Shown here: positions 17,826-26,874 of the stretch, piece after piece
Layout: every line of letters begins with the position of its first letter
Position numbering within the stretch: the stretch's first letter is position 1
Source of the DNA: Verrucomicrobiia bacterium
Lineage (GTDB): Bacteria; Verrucomicrobiota; Verrucomicrobiia; Chthoniobacterales; UBA6821
Direction of reading: 5' to 3'
NCBI GenBank assembly: GCA_040380225.1
Contig: JBEIJN010000008.1
Span: 5,183-69,182, forward strand
DNA length: 64,000 bases
The notes under the pieces: generated by a model
Seen by the model: the letters and a program-made list of their open reading frames with translations, nothing else
Told to the model about the DNA's origin: nothing
Databases searched by the model: none
Translations under genes and position numbers: made by a program

Positions 17826-19538
17826 ATGAGCACCGACAACACCGCTTCCAAGCCCCTCGCCGCCAACGAGGGAATGAAGATCAATTCGCGCCATCTCCGC
17901 GGAAACATCGCCGCCGATCTGGCCGACACCTCCACGGGAAACATCTCCGAGGAGAGCAACCAGCTTTCCAAGTTCCACGGCCTCTACATGCAGGATGACC
18001 GCGATCTGCGCAATCCCCTCAAGAAGGAAGGGAAAGAAAAGGCCTTCGCCTTCATGCTCCGTGTCCGCCTCCCGGGAGGAAAGGCAACCTCCAAGCAGTG
18101 GCTTGTCCTCGACAAATTGGCCGACGAGATTGCCTCCCCTTCCCTGCGCCTCACCACGCGCCAGACCTTCCAGTTCCACGGCGTCCTCAAGGGAAACGTG
18201 AAGAAACTCGTGAAGGGAATGCATCAGGCTCTGCTCGATTCCATCGCCGCCTGCGGCGACGTGAACCGTAACGTGATGGCCCCGCCCAACCCCGAACGCA
18301 ATCCCGTTCAGCAGGAGGTCTACAATCACGCCGTGGCCTGGAGCGAGTTCGCCCTGCCGAAGTCCCGCGCCTACCACGAGATCTACCTCGACGAGGAACT
18401 CGTCGCAGGAGGCGAACCCGAAACCGAACCGATGTACGGGGAGACCTACCTCCCGCGCAAGTTCAAGACCGGCTTCGCCATCCCTCCATCGAACGATGTC
18501 GATGTCTTCTCCCAGGATCTCGGCTTCATCGCGATCGCCGAGAACGGCAAGCTCCTGGGCTACAATGTCACGGTGGGCGGCGGACTCGGCATGAGCCACG
18601 GCAATGCGGAGACCTTCCCGCGTCTGGCCGATGTGCTCGGCTTCATTCCCGCAGACAAGGTGAACGCTGTCGGAGAGGCCGTCCTCACCACGCAGCGCGA
18701 CTTCGGCGACCGGACCAATCGCAAGCACGCCCGACTGAAGTACACCATCCAGGACCGCGGCATCGATTGGTTCCGCGGCGAGGTGGAAAAGCGCACGGGG
18801 CTGAAGTTCGAGCCTGCCCGTACCTACACCTTCACCACCATCGAAGATCCCCACGGTTGGCACGAGTGCGCCGACGGCACTTGGTTCTACGGTCTCCACA
18901 TCCTGAGCGGACGCATCAAGGATGTCGACGGGTGGCCGATGAAGACCGCCCTCCGCGAGATCGCCCGGATCCACGAGGGGGACTTCCGCCTGACCCCCTC
19001 GCAGAACCTCACCATCTCCGGCGTCAGCGCCGCCAAGAAGGCCGAGATCAATGCCATTCTCGAGAAACACGGCCTCTCGCATGAGAACAACCGCTCATCC
19101 CTGCGCCTCAACGCCCTCTCCTGCGTGGCACTCCCCACGTGCGGCCTGGCGCTGGCGGAGAGCGAGCGGGCGCTTCCCGAAATCCTTCAGAAGTTCGAGA
19201 CCGTCCTTGACGAGGCCGGACTCCGCGAGGATGCCATCAGCCTGCGCATCACCGGATGCCCCAACGGGTGCGCCCGTCCCTACCTGGCCGAGATCGGCTT
19301 CGTCGGAAAGGCCCCGGGCAAGTACGCCCTCTACCTCGGCGCCAAGTACAACGGCACCAGACTAAACCGCCTCTTCTCGCCCAGCATCACCATCGACGAC
19401 GCGGTGAGCACGCTTGCCCCGATCATCAAGCGCTACGCCAAGGAGCGCCGCGATGACGAAGGCTTCGGTGATTTCTGCGACCGTGAGATCCTCCCCGCGG
19501 ACGCCACTTTCCACAGCGTCGGGACCCAGGCAGCCTGA
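17826..19538 (+). CDS. cysI: assimilatory sulfite reductase hemoprotein
   Basis: 570 aa, colinear with enterobacterial CysI (NYLRG, FHGLYMQDDRD, TRQTFQFHG, YLPRKFK, GCPNGCARP siroheme/4Fe-4S cysteines). Confidence 0.92.
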   Translation: MSTDNTASKPLAANEGMKINSRHLRGNIAADLADTSTGNISEESNQLSKFHGLYMQDDRDLRNPLKKEGKEKAFAFMLRVRLPGGKATSKQWLVLDKLADEIASPSLRLTTRQTFQFHGVLKGNVKKLVKGMHQALLDSIAACGDVNRNVMAPPNPERNPVQQEVYNHAVAWSEFALPKSRAYHEIYLDEELVAGGEPETEPMYGETYLPRKFKTGFAIPPSNDVDVFSQDLGFIAIAENGKLLGYNVTVGGGLGMSHGNAETFPRLADVLGFIPADKVNAVGEAVLTTQRDFGDRTNRKHARLKYTIQDRGIDWFRGEVEKRTGLKFEPARTYTFTTIEDPHGWHECADGTWFYGLHILSGRIKDVDGWPMKTALREIARIHEGDFRLTPSQNLTISGVSAAKKAEINAILEKHGLSHENNRSSLRLNALSCVALPTCGLALAESERALPEILQKFETVLDEAGLREDAISLRITGCPNGCARPYLAEIGFVGKAPGKYALYLGAKYNGTRLNRLFSPSITIDDAVSTLAPIIKRYAKERRDDEGFGDFCDREILPADATFHSVGTQAA

Positions 19539-19556
19539 GCCGATCGATTTCCAGCC

Positions 19557-20234
19557 GTGCCAGCATCCCAAGAGCAGATCGCATCATGGAACGCGGAACT
19601 CCGCGGCAAATCGCCGCTGGAGATCACGCGCTGGGCGGTGGCCCATGCCCGCGAAACGGGGGGACGGGCCGTCGTCTCCACAAACTTCCGCCCCTACGAG
19701 GCGGTTGTCCTTCACCTTGCCACGCAGGCACAGGCCGACATTCCCGTCCTCTGGGTGGACCACGGTTACAACCGTCCGGCCACTTACAGGCACGCGGAGG
19801 AAGTGAAAAACCTCCTGGGCCTCCATCTCAAGGAATACCTTCCCAAGATCACACCCGCTCACCGCGATGCGATCGATGGCCCGATCCCGACGCCCGAAGA
19901 TGAGGAAGGGCTGAAGAAATTCAGCGCCCTCATGAAGCTGGAACCCTTCCAGCGCGGCATGAGGGAACTGGCTCCCACGATCTGGATCACCGCCCTGCGC
20001 AAGGTGCAGAACCCTAACCGCGCGGAACTCGACATCGTTTCCGCAGACGCCAACTTCGGCTCCCTCAAGATCAGCCCCGTCTTTTATTTCTCCGACGCGG
20101 AGATGGAAGCCTACCTCGCGGAGCACAAACTGCCCAACGAGTGGGACTACTTCGATCCCGCTAAAGCCGACGAGAAACGCGAATGCGGACTGCATGCGAG
20201 TTGGGGAGGGTCGGCGATCGGGAATGGGCAATAG
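19557..20234 (+). CDS. cysH: phosphoadenosine phosphosulfate (PAPS)-type reductase
   Basis: PAPS_reduct fold with a C-terminal KRECGLH motif. I see no CC...CXXC iron-sulfur motif. GTG start. The last codons (IGNGQ) are encoded by a GGGAAT/AGGTGAT word repeat. Confidence 0.8.
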   Translation: MPASQEQIASWNAELRGKSPLEITRWAVAHARETGGRAVVSTNFRPYEAVVLHLATQAQADIPVLWVDHGYNRPATYRHAEEVKNLLGLHLKEYLPKITPAHRDAIDGPIPTPEDEEGLKKFSALMKLEPFQRGMRELAPTIWITALRKVQNPNRAELDIVSADANFGSLKISPVFYFSDAEMEAYLAEHKLPNEWDYFDPAKADEKRECGLHASWGGSAIGNGQ

Positions 20235-20263
20235 GTGATGGGGCAATCACATGAGCGAACCTT

Positions 20264-20614
20264 TTGAAATACCCGGAAGCTTGGAAATCCGCATGCGTTC
20301 TCAGCAATCAGGTTTACTCACTGTGCAAAAGCCCCTCTCTATCAAAGGACTTCGGACTCCGCGACCAACTGCAACGTGCAGCTGTCTCCGTCATGAACAA
20401 TTTGGCGGAGGGATGGGAAACCCTTCACATCGCTGAAAAACGACAAGCTTACAACTATGCGCGCCGCTCCTGCGGCGAAGTCCGATCCATGACCTACCTG
20501 CTACTGGATAACAAATTCATTTCGGAATCCGAACAAAGTGAGCTACTCGAACTCTGCATCAAAACAGGAAAACTCATCTCAGGCCTCATGCGCTCTCACA
20601 GCTCGCGTTCATAG
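20264..20614 (+). CDS. four-helix-bundle protein (23S rRNA intervening-sequence protein family)
   Basis: DQLQRAAVSVMNNLAEGW ... ARRSCGEVRSMTYLL matches the family pattern (DQLxRAxxSIxxNIAEG ... GSxxE). Only a TTG start is in frame. An ATG at 20251 is in another frame. Confidence 0.75.
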   Translation: MKYPEAWKSACVLSNQVYSLCKSPSLSKDFGLRDQLQRAAVSVMNNLAEGWETLHIAEKRQAYNYARRSCGEVRSMTYLLLDNKFISESEQSELLELCIKTGKLISGLMRSHSSRS

Positions 20615-20674
20615 CAAACATTTCCCCTCTGCCCTGTCCCTATAACCCATTACCCAGCACCTATTCCCTATCTT

Positions 20675-21577
20675 GTGAAAAGCTATCATCTCGATCATCT
20701 GGATTACCTTGAGACGGAGGCGATCCACATCATGCGTGAGGTTGCCTCGGAGTTCGAGCGGCCCGCCATCCTCTTCTCCGGCGGCAAGGACTCGATCTGC
20801 CTGCTCCGCCTCGCCGAGAAGGCGTTCCGTCCCTCGGACATTCCGATGCCTTTCCTCAATGTGGCGACCGGCCACGAGTTTCCCGAACTCATCGAGTTCC
20901 GCGATCGTCGCGCCAAGGAACTCCATGCCAAGCTCATCGTCCGCACGGTCGACGAGGCCCTTGAGAAAGGAACCGCCGTTCAGGCTCCAGGCCAGATCAG
21001 CCGCAACCAACTCCAGATCCCTGTCCTTCTGGGGGCCATCGAGGAGTTCCGCTTCGATTGCTGCATCGGCGGAGCCCGCCGCGACGAGGAGAAGGCCCGG
21101 GCCAAGGAGCGCTTCTTCAGCTTCCGCGACAGCTTCGGCCAGTGGGATCCAAAGAACCAGCGCCCCGAGATCTGGAACCTCTACAACGGCCGGCTCAATC
21201 CCGGCGAGAACATGCGTGTCTTCCCGCTCTCCAACTGGACCGAGATGGATGTCTGGGAATACATCAAGCGCGAGAAGCTCGAGGTGCCCTCGATCTACTT
21301 CAGCCACAGGCGACGCTGCGTCCGACGCGGAGGCCAGTGGGTCCCCGACACCGATCTCATGCCGGCAAAGGCCAATGAGGAAGTGAAGGAGATGATCGTC
21401 CGCGTCCGGACCATCGGCGACATCATCAGCACCGGATGCGTCGAATCACCCGCCGCCAACTGCGATGACATCATCGCCGAGATCGCCGCCGCCCGCGTGA
21501 CGGAACGCGGCTCCCGAGCCGACGACCGCGTCTCCGAGGCGGCCATGGAGGATCGCAAGAAGGCGGGGTATTTTTAG
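20675..21577 (+). CDS. cysD: sulfate adenylyltransferase subunit 2
   Basis: LETEAIHIMREVASEF, ILFSGGKDS (PP-loop) and a C-terminal MEDRKKAGYF. GTG start. Confidence 0.92.
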   Translation: MKSYHLDHLDYLETEAIHIMREVASEFERPAILFSGGKDSICLLRLAEKAFRPSDIPMPFLNVATGHEFPELIEFRDRRAKELHAKLIVRTVDEALEKGTAVQAPGQISRNQLQIPVLLGAIEEFRFDCCIGGARRDEEKARAKERFFSFRDSFGQWDPKNQRPEIWNLYNGRLNPGENMRVFPLSNWTEMDVWEYIKREKLEVPSIYFSHRRRCVRRGGQWVPDTDLMPAKANEEVKEMIVRVRTIGDIISTGCVESPAANCDDIIAEIAAARVTERGSRADDRVSEAAMEDRKKAGYF

Positions 21578-21608
21578 GAATTTTCCGATGAGTACTCTCC
21601 TGAATGAT

Positions 21609-21627
21609 CTCGCGCAGAGACGCAGAG
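21609..21627 (+). repeat. solo copy of the family-1 19-mer CTCGCGCAGAGACGCAGAG
   Basis: Identical to 48768..48786 and to the reverse complement of 48939..48957. Lies in the 143-bp cysD-cysN spacer. Confidence 0.85.
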
Positions 21628-21681
21628 GCGCAGAGAGGATCACACAACAAGAATGTTTCATATCCCGATACTAATTCCCCT

Positions 21682-21709
21682 TTTTTCCTGAGTTCCTGAG
21701 TTCCATATT
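21682..21709 (+). promoter_or_regulatory. 28-mer TTTTTCCTGAGTTCCTGAGTTCCATATT, 12 nt upstream of the cysN ATG
   Basis: Identical 28-mer on the minus strand at 43496..43523, 26 nt upstream of the start of the disulfide oxidoreductase gene. Function unknown. Confidence 0.5.
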
Positions 21710-21720
21710 TTTATTCTGCA

Positions 21721-23037
21721 ATGACCGCTACAAATCATCCGGTAGACCTTTTAAGATTCAATACCTGCGGATCCGTCGATGACGGCAAGTCGACCCTGAT
21801 CGGACGCCTTCTCTACGACTCCAAGTCCCTCATGGAGGATCAGATCGAGGCACTTGAGCGCTCCGCCGACATCACCGGCGGAGGCCAGATCAACCTCGCC
21901 AACCTGACCGACGGGCTCCGTGCGGAGCGGGAGCAGGGGATCACCATCGACGTGGCCTACCGCTACTTCGCGACCCCTCACCGGAAGTTCATCATCGCCG
22001 ACACCCCGGGCCACGTTCAGTACACCAGGAACATGGTGACCGGTGCCTCGACGGCCAACCTCTCGATCATCCTGGTCGATGCGCGCCAGGGAGTCATCGA
22101 GCAGAGCCGCCGTCATTCCATCATCGCCTCCCTGCTCCGCATCCCTCACCTCGTCGTTGCCATCAACAAGATGGATCTGGTCGACTGGAGCGAGGAACGA
22201 TTCCTTGAGATCAAGGAACAGTTCGACGAATTCCTCCCGCGTCTCGACATCAAGGACGTGCAGTTCATCCCGGTGAGTGCCCTCAACGGCGACAACATCG
22301 TCAGCCACTCGACGAACACCCCCTGGTATAATGGCCCCACGCTGCTCGGACATCTGGAGACCGTTCACATCGCCAGCGACTGGAACCTCTCCAATTTCCG
22401 GATGCCGGTCCAGTGGGTGAACCGCCCCAACAACCCCACCGATCACGCGCTCCACGACTTCCGCGGTCTCAGCGGACAGATCTCCGGCGGCATCGTGAAG
22501 GTCGGACAGAAGGTGACCGTCCTGCCGAGCGGCTTCAGCTCGACGGTGAAGCAGATCTGGACCCTCGACGGTCCGCTCGAGGAGGCCTTCAGCCCTCAGT
22601 CGGTGACATTGGTCCTGGAGCACGATCTCGACATCAGCCGCGGAGACGTGATCGTCGATTCGGAAGATCTCCCAGGAGCCTCCTCGGAGCTTCATGCCAA
22701 GATCTGCTGGATGAATCCCCGCCCCCTCACCCCGGGCAAGCAGTATCTCCTCAAGCATACCACGCAGACCGTGAAGGCGGCCGTGACCTCCATCGACCAC
22801 CGGATCAACATCTCCACCCTCGACAAGGAGGATGGCATCGCCGAACTCGCCATGAACGACCTCGGAGAGATCCGCCTCAGGACAGCCAAGCCGCTCATCT
22901 ACGACGGCTACGCGAGCAACCGCCTCACTGGATCCTTCATTCTGATCGAACCCGGCACCAACGCCACGGTGGCCGCGGGAATGCTCCTGCCCCCCACTGA
23001 GATCGCCCGTCCCGAGTACAAGGACTTCGCGATCTAA
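21721..23037 (+). CDS. cysN: sulfate adenylyltransferase subunit 1 (GTPase), no fused APS-kinase domain
   Basis: GSVDDGKSTLIGRLL (G1), DTPGH and NKMDL GTPase motifs. At 438 aa it has no CysC-like extension. Confidence 0.9.
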   Translation: MTATNHPVDLLRFNTCGSVDDGKSTLIGRLLYDSKSLMEDQIEALERSADITGGGQINLANLTDGLRAEREQGITIDVAYRYFATPHRKFIIADTPGHVQYTRNMVTGASTANLSIILVDARQGVIEQSRRHSIIASLLRIPHLVVAINKMDLVDWSEERFLEIKEQFDEFLPRLDIKDVQFIPVSALNGDNIVSHSTNTPWYNGPTLLGHLETVHIASDWNLSNFRMPVQWVNRPNNPTDHALHDFRGLSGQISGGIVKVGQKVTVLPSGFSSTVKQIWTLDGPLEEAFSPQSVTLVLEHDLDISRGDVIVDSEDLPGASSELHAKICWMNPRPLTPGKQYLLKHTTQTVKAAVTSIDHRINISTLDKEDGIAELAMNDLGEIRLRTAKPLIYDGYASNRLTGSFILIEPGTNATVAAGMLLPPTEIARPEYKDFAI

Positions 23038-23090
23038 GACGGCATCGCGTTTCGTAATGTTACACCCCGAAAAATTCTTTATAATCAAAT

Positions 23091-23114
23091 TAACGACTTA
23101 TTTGATCGCGTTAT
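23091..23114. promoter_or_regulatory. candidate operator, ACGA-N8-ATCG motif, site 2 (TAACGACTTATTTGATCGCGTTA)
   Basis: Imperfect palindrome about 240 nt upstream of the porin ATG in an AT-rich spacer. Confidence 0.4.
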
Positions 23115-23347
23115 AACCACTCCGATCTTATGGTATACGATACCTCCAACAAACCCCACGGGACCGCATTCCTTTGATGGCATCCATCACACTTGAGGTA
23201 CTTCTATTCCGACTGGAATCAATCATCGCACCCACGCCCATACAAAAAAATCAATCAGACTTAGCGATTTGTCGTTTTTCGAAGAACCACTCACCCCCTA
23301 ACACACTCACCCCTTTCAAAAATCAATTCCAAAACTCAAAAAACACC

Positions 23348-25162
23348 ATGTCATCATCGCGCAACATCAACTCAATCGTCTTTAGCCGACTGATACTATT
23401 TTTCTTGGTATTTATATCTACTGTTTCGGTCGCCTTTTCCTCCAATGGAGGAGCATCTCAAAATTTCCTCTCCGATTGGTTGGGCCAAAGCTACGGGGCT
23501 TCCTACAAATGGTTCGGCCTTGAGGCCCCCATGAAGACCTACGGCTTCAGCGTCAAGGGGGACATGAAGGAGGCATACTTCGGACAGGTCTCGGGAGGAC
23601 TTCCCAACCAACCTCGCAGCAACTGGTGCTTCGACATGAAGCTCAAGGGAACCCTCGAGCTGGAAAAACTTTTTCCAGTGTTCAGCGGTTGGAGCATCTC
23701 CTCCTACTGGCGCTACCGCACCGGTGGCAATCCGCGCTGGGCGGCGGGCACCCCGAACTTCATCGCCCCCAGCAACATGCCCAATGGAGCTGAACTCTGG
23801 AACCTCTCCCAGATGCTGGAATACAGCTCCAAGAAGAAGGAATTATACTTCAACATTGGCTGGGAAAATCCCTACGAGCAATTCCTGCAGCAACCGCTCT
23901 CCAAGATTTTCGAGAACCAGGCCATCACCACGAGCAAGGGCATCGGAGCCAATGCAGGGCCCGGCATTGTGGTCACGAACCCCTCCAGGACCTCCTCCTA
24001 TGCCTACCGAACCAGCCCGGTCCCATGGGGAAACACCTTCGGAGCCTGGGGAACAACGCTCCGGATCAAACCTCGCAAGAACTGCTATATCCAGAGCGGC
24101 CTCTACTGGGCGAACTCCAACATGGGCGGCCCCAATCCCACCCAGTTCTCCGCCACCAGCGTCTATCCCTACACCTCCGTTCCAAACAGCTATCTCGGAA
24201 AATTCCGCTCCTCCGGTCAGGTAGTTCCCGTCGTGAATGGAAACGGCCAGCAAACCTCCCGAACCCAAAATCTTGGCTGGGTTCCCGGCATCGCCAACAA
24301 CCATGGCTTCGGCGGAATGGGAGGGTCCATGCCCTTCAATCCGCAGACCCAGAATATCGGCGTTACCGGTGCTAATGTGGGCAACGGCGGCCAGTATTCC
24401 CAAAACGGACTCTTTAATGTGAACGAAATCGGATGGGAGCCGAAGTTCGGTAAGGATCGACTGGATGGAAAATATGCCATCGGCAGCTACATCTGGGGAA
24501 ACAACAATTCCCAATTCACTCCAGTGGAATTCACCACCGATGCATACGGAGCGAAAAAACCGGTTCCCACCCAGGTCAGTCCGGTGATCTGGGGCCTCTA
24601 CTTTCAGGCCGACCAGCAACTCTATGCAGAGAAGGGAAAGAACTATCAGGAGGACCAGGTCTCCATGCACGGCAAGATCTCCAAGCAGGGACTCTATACC
24701 TTCAACGAGTTCACCTACACCCCGCCAAACGGATGCCAGGTCCCCTACTACTTCCAGGCGGGACTGGTCTACAAGGGACTCATCCCCACCCGGGACAACG
24801 ACATGATCGGCGTATGCCTCGGATGCGCCATCTACAGCGACCAGTACAACCAGTGGATCGACTCCCAGAATCAGACCCTGCAGAACAACTATGGCAGCAC
24901 CTACAATGCCATGGTTCCGAACGGGCCGACGCAGTATTACCCGATCAATCCAAACACCGGGGCACCGGGCCGCACACTTCAGAACGCCTACGCCTATCAA
25001 CCCCACTTCTCCAGCACCCAGATCATCGAGGCGTGCTACGACATCCAACTCACCAAGTGGGCCAATTTGAAACCCTTCGTGGAATACATCATCAATCCAG
25101 CGGGCAATGGTTCCGTCCCGAATTCAGTCATCCTCGGAGCCAGCAGCAAGTGGTTCTTTTAA
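23348..25162 (+). CDS. outer-membrane beta-barrel porin (OprB/carbohydrate-porin-like)
   Basis: Signal peptide MSSSRNINSIVFSRLILFFLVFISTVSVAFS. The mature part is rich in Gly, Asn, Tyr and Trp, and the C-terminus ends ...SSKWFF (terminal Phe). The OprB-like assignment comes from my recognition of the sequence style only. G+C is lower than in the neighbours. Confidence 0.5.
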   Translation: MSSSRNINSIVFSRLILFFLVFISTVSVAFSSNGGASQNFLSDWLGQSYGASYKWFGLEAPMKTYGFSVKGDMKEAYFGQVSGGLPNQPRSNWCFDMKLKGTLELEKLFPVFSGWSISSYWRYRTGGNPRWAAGTPNFIAPSNMPNGAELWNLSQMLEYSSKKKELYFNIGWENPYEQFLQQPLSKIFENQAITTSKGIGANAGPGIVVTNPSRTSSYAYRTSPVPWGNTFGAWGTTLRIKPRKNCYIQSGLYWANSNMGGPNPTQFSATSVYPYTSVPNSYLGKFRSSGQVVPVVNGNGQQTSRTQNLGWVPGIANNHGFGGMGGSMPFNPQTQNIGVTGANVGNGGQYSQNGLFNVNEIGWEPKFGKDRLDGKYAIGSYIWGNNNSQFTPVEFTTDAYGAKKPVPTQVSPVIWGLYFQADQQLYAEKGKNYQEDQVSMHGKISKQGLYTFNEFTYTPPNGCQVPYYFQAGLVYKGLIPTRDNDMIGVCLGCAIYSDQYNQWIDSQNQTLQNNYGSTYNAMVPNGPTQYYPINPNTGAPGRTLQNAYAYQPHFSSTQIIEACYDIQLTKWANLKPFVEYIINPAGNGSVPNSVILGASSKWFF

Positions 25163-25228
25163 ACCTACACCAACACCCATAAGAAGCACCCTTGCCGGCA
25201 TGCCTCGGACTCCTGTAAAAATCAATGC

Positions 25229-25762
25229 ATGAGCAAGGCACCGGTGATCCATCCTTCAAATGCAGCCTCCATGGTGACCTCCAAGCCCGAAGCGATCCTT
25301 CTCGATGTGAGGACTCCGGCCGAGTTTGCGGGACGCCATGCCGTTGGCGCCCGCAACATCCCGTTGGATGGGATCCCTTCCAAGGCACTGAGCGGAGAAC
25401 ACGCCATCTCGAAAGATCAACCCATCTGCATTCTCTGCGAAAAAGGTGGAAGGGCCGCCATTGCTGCGGAACAGCTCCTCGCAAAGGGTTGCCTTGATGT
25501 TCAAGTGGTCGAGGGAGGCACCCAGGGATGGGTGGCGGCCGGACTCCCTGTGATTTCCTCAGGAAGGAAATCGATCAGCATCGAGCGTCAGGTTCGCATC
25601 GGTGCGGGCATCCTTGTCATTCTTGGAGTTGCAGGAGGCTTCCTGATCAACCCCGCCTTCTTTGCCCTTTCCGCATTCGTGGGAGCGGGGCTCGTCTTTG
25701 CCGGGATCACGGACTGGTGCGGGATGGGGCTTTTGCTGGCACGGGCTCCTTGGAACCGCTAA
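25229..25762 (+). CDS. rhodanese-domain sulfurtransferase with C-terminal two-TM membrane domain (YgaP-like)
   Basis: Rhodanese layout (LLDVRTPAEF ... active-site loop ICILCEKGGRA), followed by GILVILGVAGGF...FVGAGLVFAGITDWCGMGLLLA (DUF2892-like). Confidence 0.75.
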   Translation: MSKAPVIHPSNAASMVTSKPEAILLDVRTPAEFAGRHAVGARNIPLDGIPSKALSGEHAISKDQPICILCEKGGRAAIAAEQLLAKGCLDVQVVEGGTQGWVAAGLPVISSGRKSISIERQVRIGAGILVILGVAGGFLINPAFFALSAFVGAGLVFAGITDWCGMGLLLARAPWNR

Positions 25763-25772
25763 GGTGGCCGGG

Positions 25773-26735
25773 ATGAACTCCCGGAAACATCTGCTCCAAC
25801 CGATCCTCGATTCCTATCGGGAAAGCGGCGGGATCAACCATGTCGACCGGTCGAACCTTCCCTCCAAGAAGGCGGTCTCCGCGCTCTCCGACGATCTGCT
25901 TCATCTGCTCTTCCCGGGATTCTTCTCCGAGGATGCCGTCTCCTCCAAGGAGCTTCCCGATGCGGCCCAGGAGATCATCGACCGAATCGCAGCCCAACTG
26001 GAGTCGGCGATCGCCGTGAGCCTCCGCATCCGTGAAGAATCCGCGAAGGAGGCCGACCCGAACCGCGAGGCCGTGGACATCACCGAGCGATTTTTCGCCG
26101 GGATTCCCGCCGTGCGCGCCCTGCTCAAGACTGATGTCGAAGCCGCCTACGCGGGCGATCCCGCGGCGCGCAGTCTCGAGGAGATCGTTCTGGCCTACCC
26201 CGGTCTTGAGGCGGTCGCCATCCAGCGCGTCGCGCACCTGCTCTACAAGGAGGAGGTCCCCCTTCTTCCGCGCATGATGACCGAATGGGCCCACAGCCGG
26301 ACAGGCATCGACATCCATCCCGGTGCCTCGATCGGTTCCCACTTCTTCATCGACCACGGAACCGGCGTCGTCATCGGGGAGACCTGCATCATCGGAGACA
26401 GGGTGAAGCTTTACCATGGTGTGACCCTCGGCGCCCGGAGCTTCCAGAAGGACGAACAGGGTGAGATCATCAAGGGACTTCGCCGCCATCCGCGCGTCGA
26501 GGACGATGTCGTGATCTATCCGAACGGCATCATCCTCGGCGGCGACACCGTGATCGGGGCACGGAGCACGATCGGGGCGAACGTTTTCCTGATGAAGAGC
26601 GTCCCCCCTGACACGCTGTTGGTACGGGGAGAACAGCCCCAGAGCCGCCTTGACAAGAAAGGTCTGAAGGCCCGCGGTGGAAAGGGCCCCCTCACGGTGC
26701 ACCTCAACGAGGACGAGGTCGATTTCATCATTTGA
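25773..26735 (+). CDS. cysE: serine O-acetyltransferase (long N-terminal form)
   Basis: GIDIHPGASIGSHFFIDHGTGVVIGETCIIGDRVKLYHGVTLG hexapeptide region. ATG at 25773 chosen because the upstream part of the ORF overlaps the rhodanese gene. Confidence 0.88.
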   Translation: MNSRKHLLQPILDSYRESGGINHVDRSNLPSKKAVSALSDDLLHLLFPGFFSEDAVSSKELPDAAQEIIDRIAAQLESAIAVSLRIREESAKEADPNREAVDITERFFAGIPAVRALLKTDVEAAYAGDPAARSLEEIVLAYPGLEAVAIQRVAHLLYKEEVPLLPRMMTEWAHSRTGIDIHPGASIGSHFFIDHGTGVVIGETCIIGDRVKLYHGVTLGARSFQKDEQGEIIKGLRRHPRVEDDVVIYPNGIILGGDTVIGARSTIGANVFLMKSVPPDTLLVRGEQPQSRLDKKGLKARGGKGPLTVHLNEDEVDFII

Positions 26736-26874
26736 TTGAAGAGAGGGAGTTAGAAGATAGGAGTTAGAAATTTGGGTGATCGGAGAGGAAAGCAGTCTCC
26801 CTCCTTTTAACTTTCTAACTCTTGTAACATCTTACGGCTTTTCCGACGCTTTAGGTCGCGTATATTGATTTCCC

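Noticed and set aside
17161-17826. Riboswitch or leader peptide in the 665-bp cysI upstream region
   Set aside because: I could not recognise a SAM, T-box or other riboswitch consensus by eye. The listed ORFs (17136..17390, 17329..17514, 17425..17649) have non-coding-like composition. Only the palindrome and repeat fragments are supportable. Rfam scanning would be needed.
17799-19082. 427-aa minus-strand ORF antisense to cysI. The same applies to 21751..23088 (antisense cysN), 23843..25048 (antisense porin), 38756..39736 (antisense cysK), 58194..59588 (antisense helicase) and 63009..63788 (antisense TolC-like)
   Set aside because: All are mirror ORFs of strongly supported genes, and each has the same biased Gly/Asp/Glu/Val/Arg composition. 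None has a family signature I can recognise.
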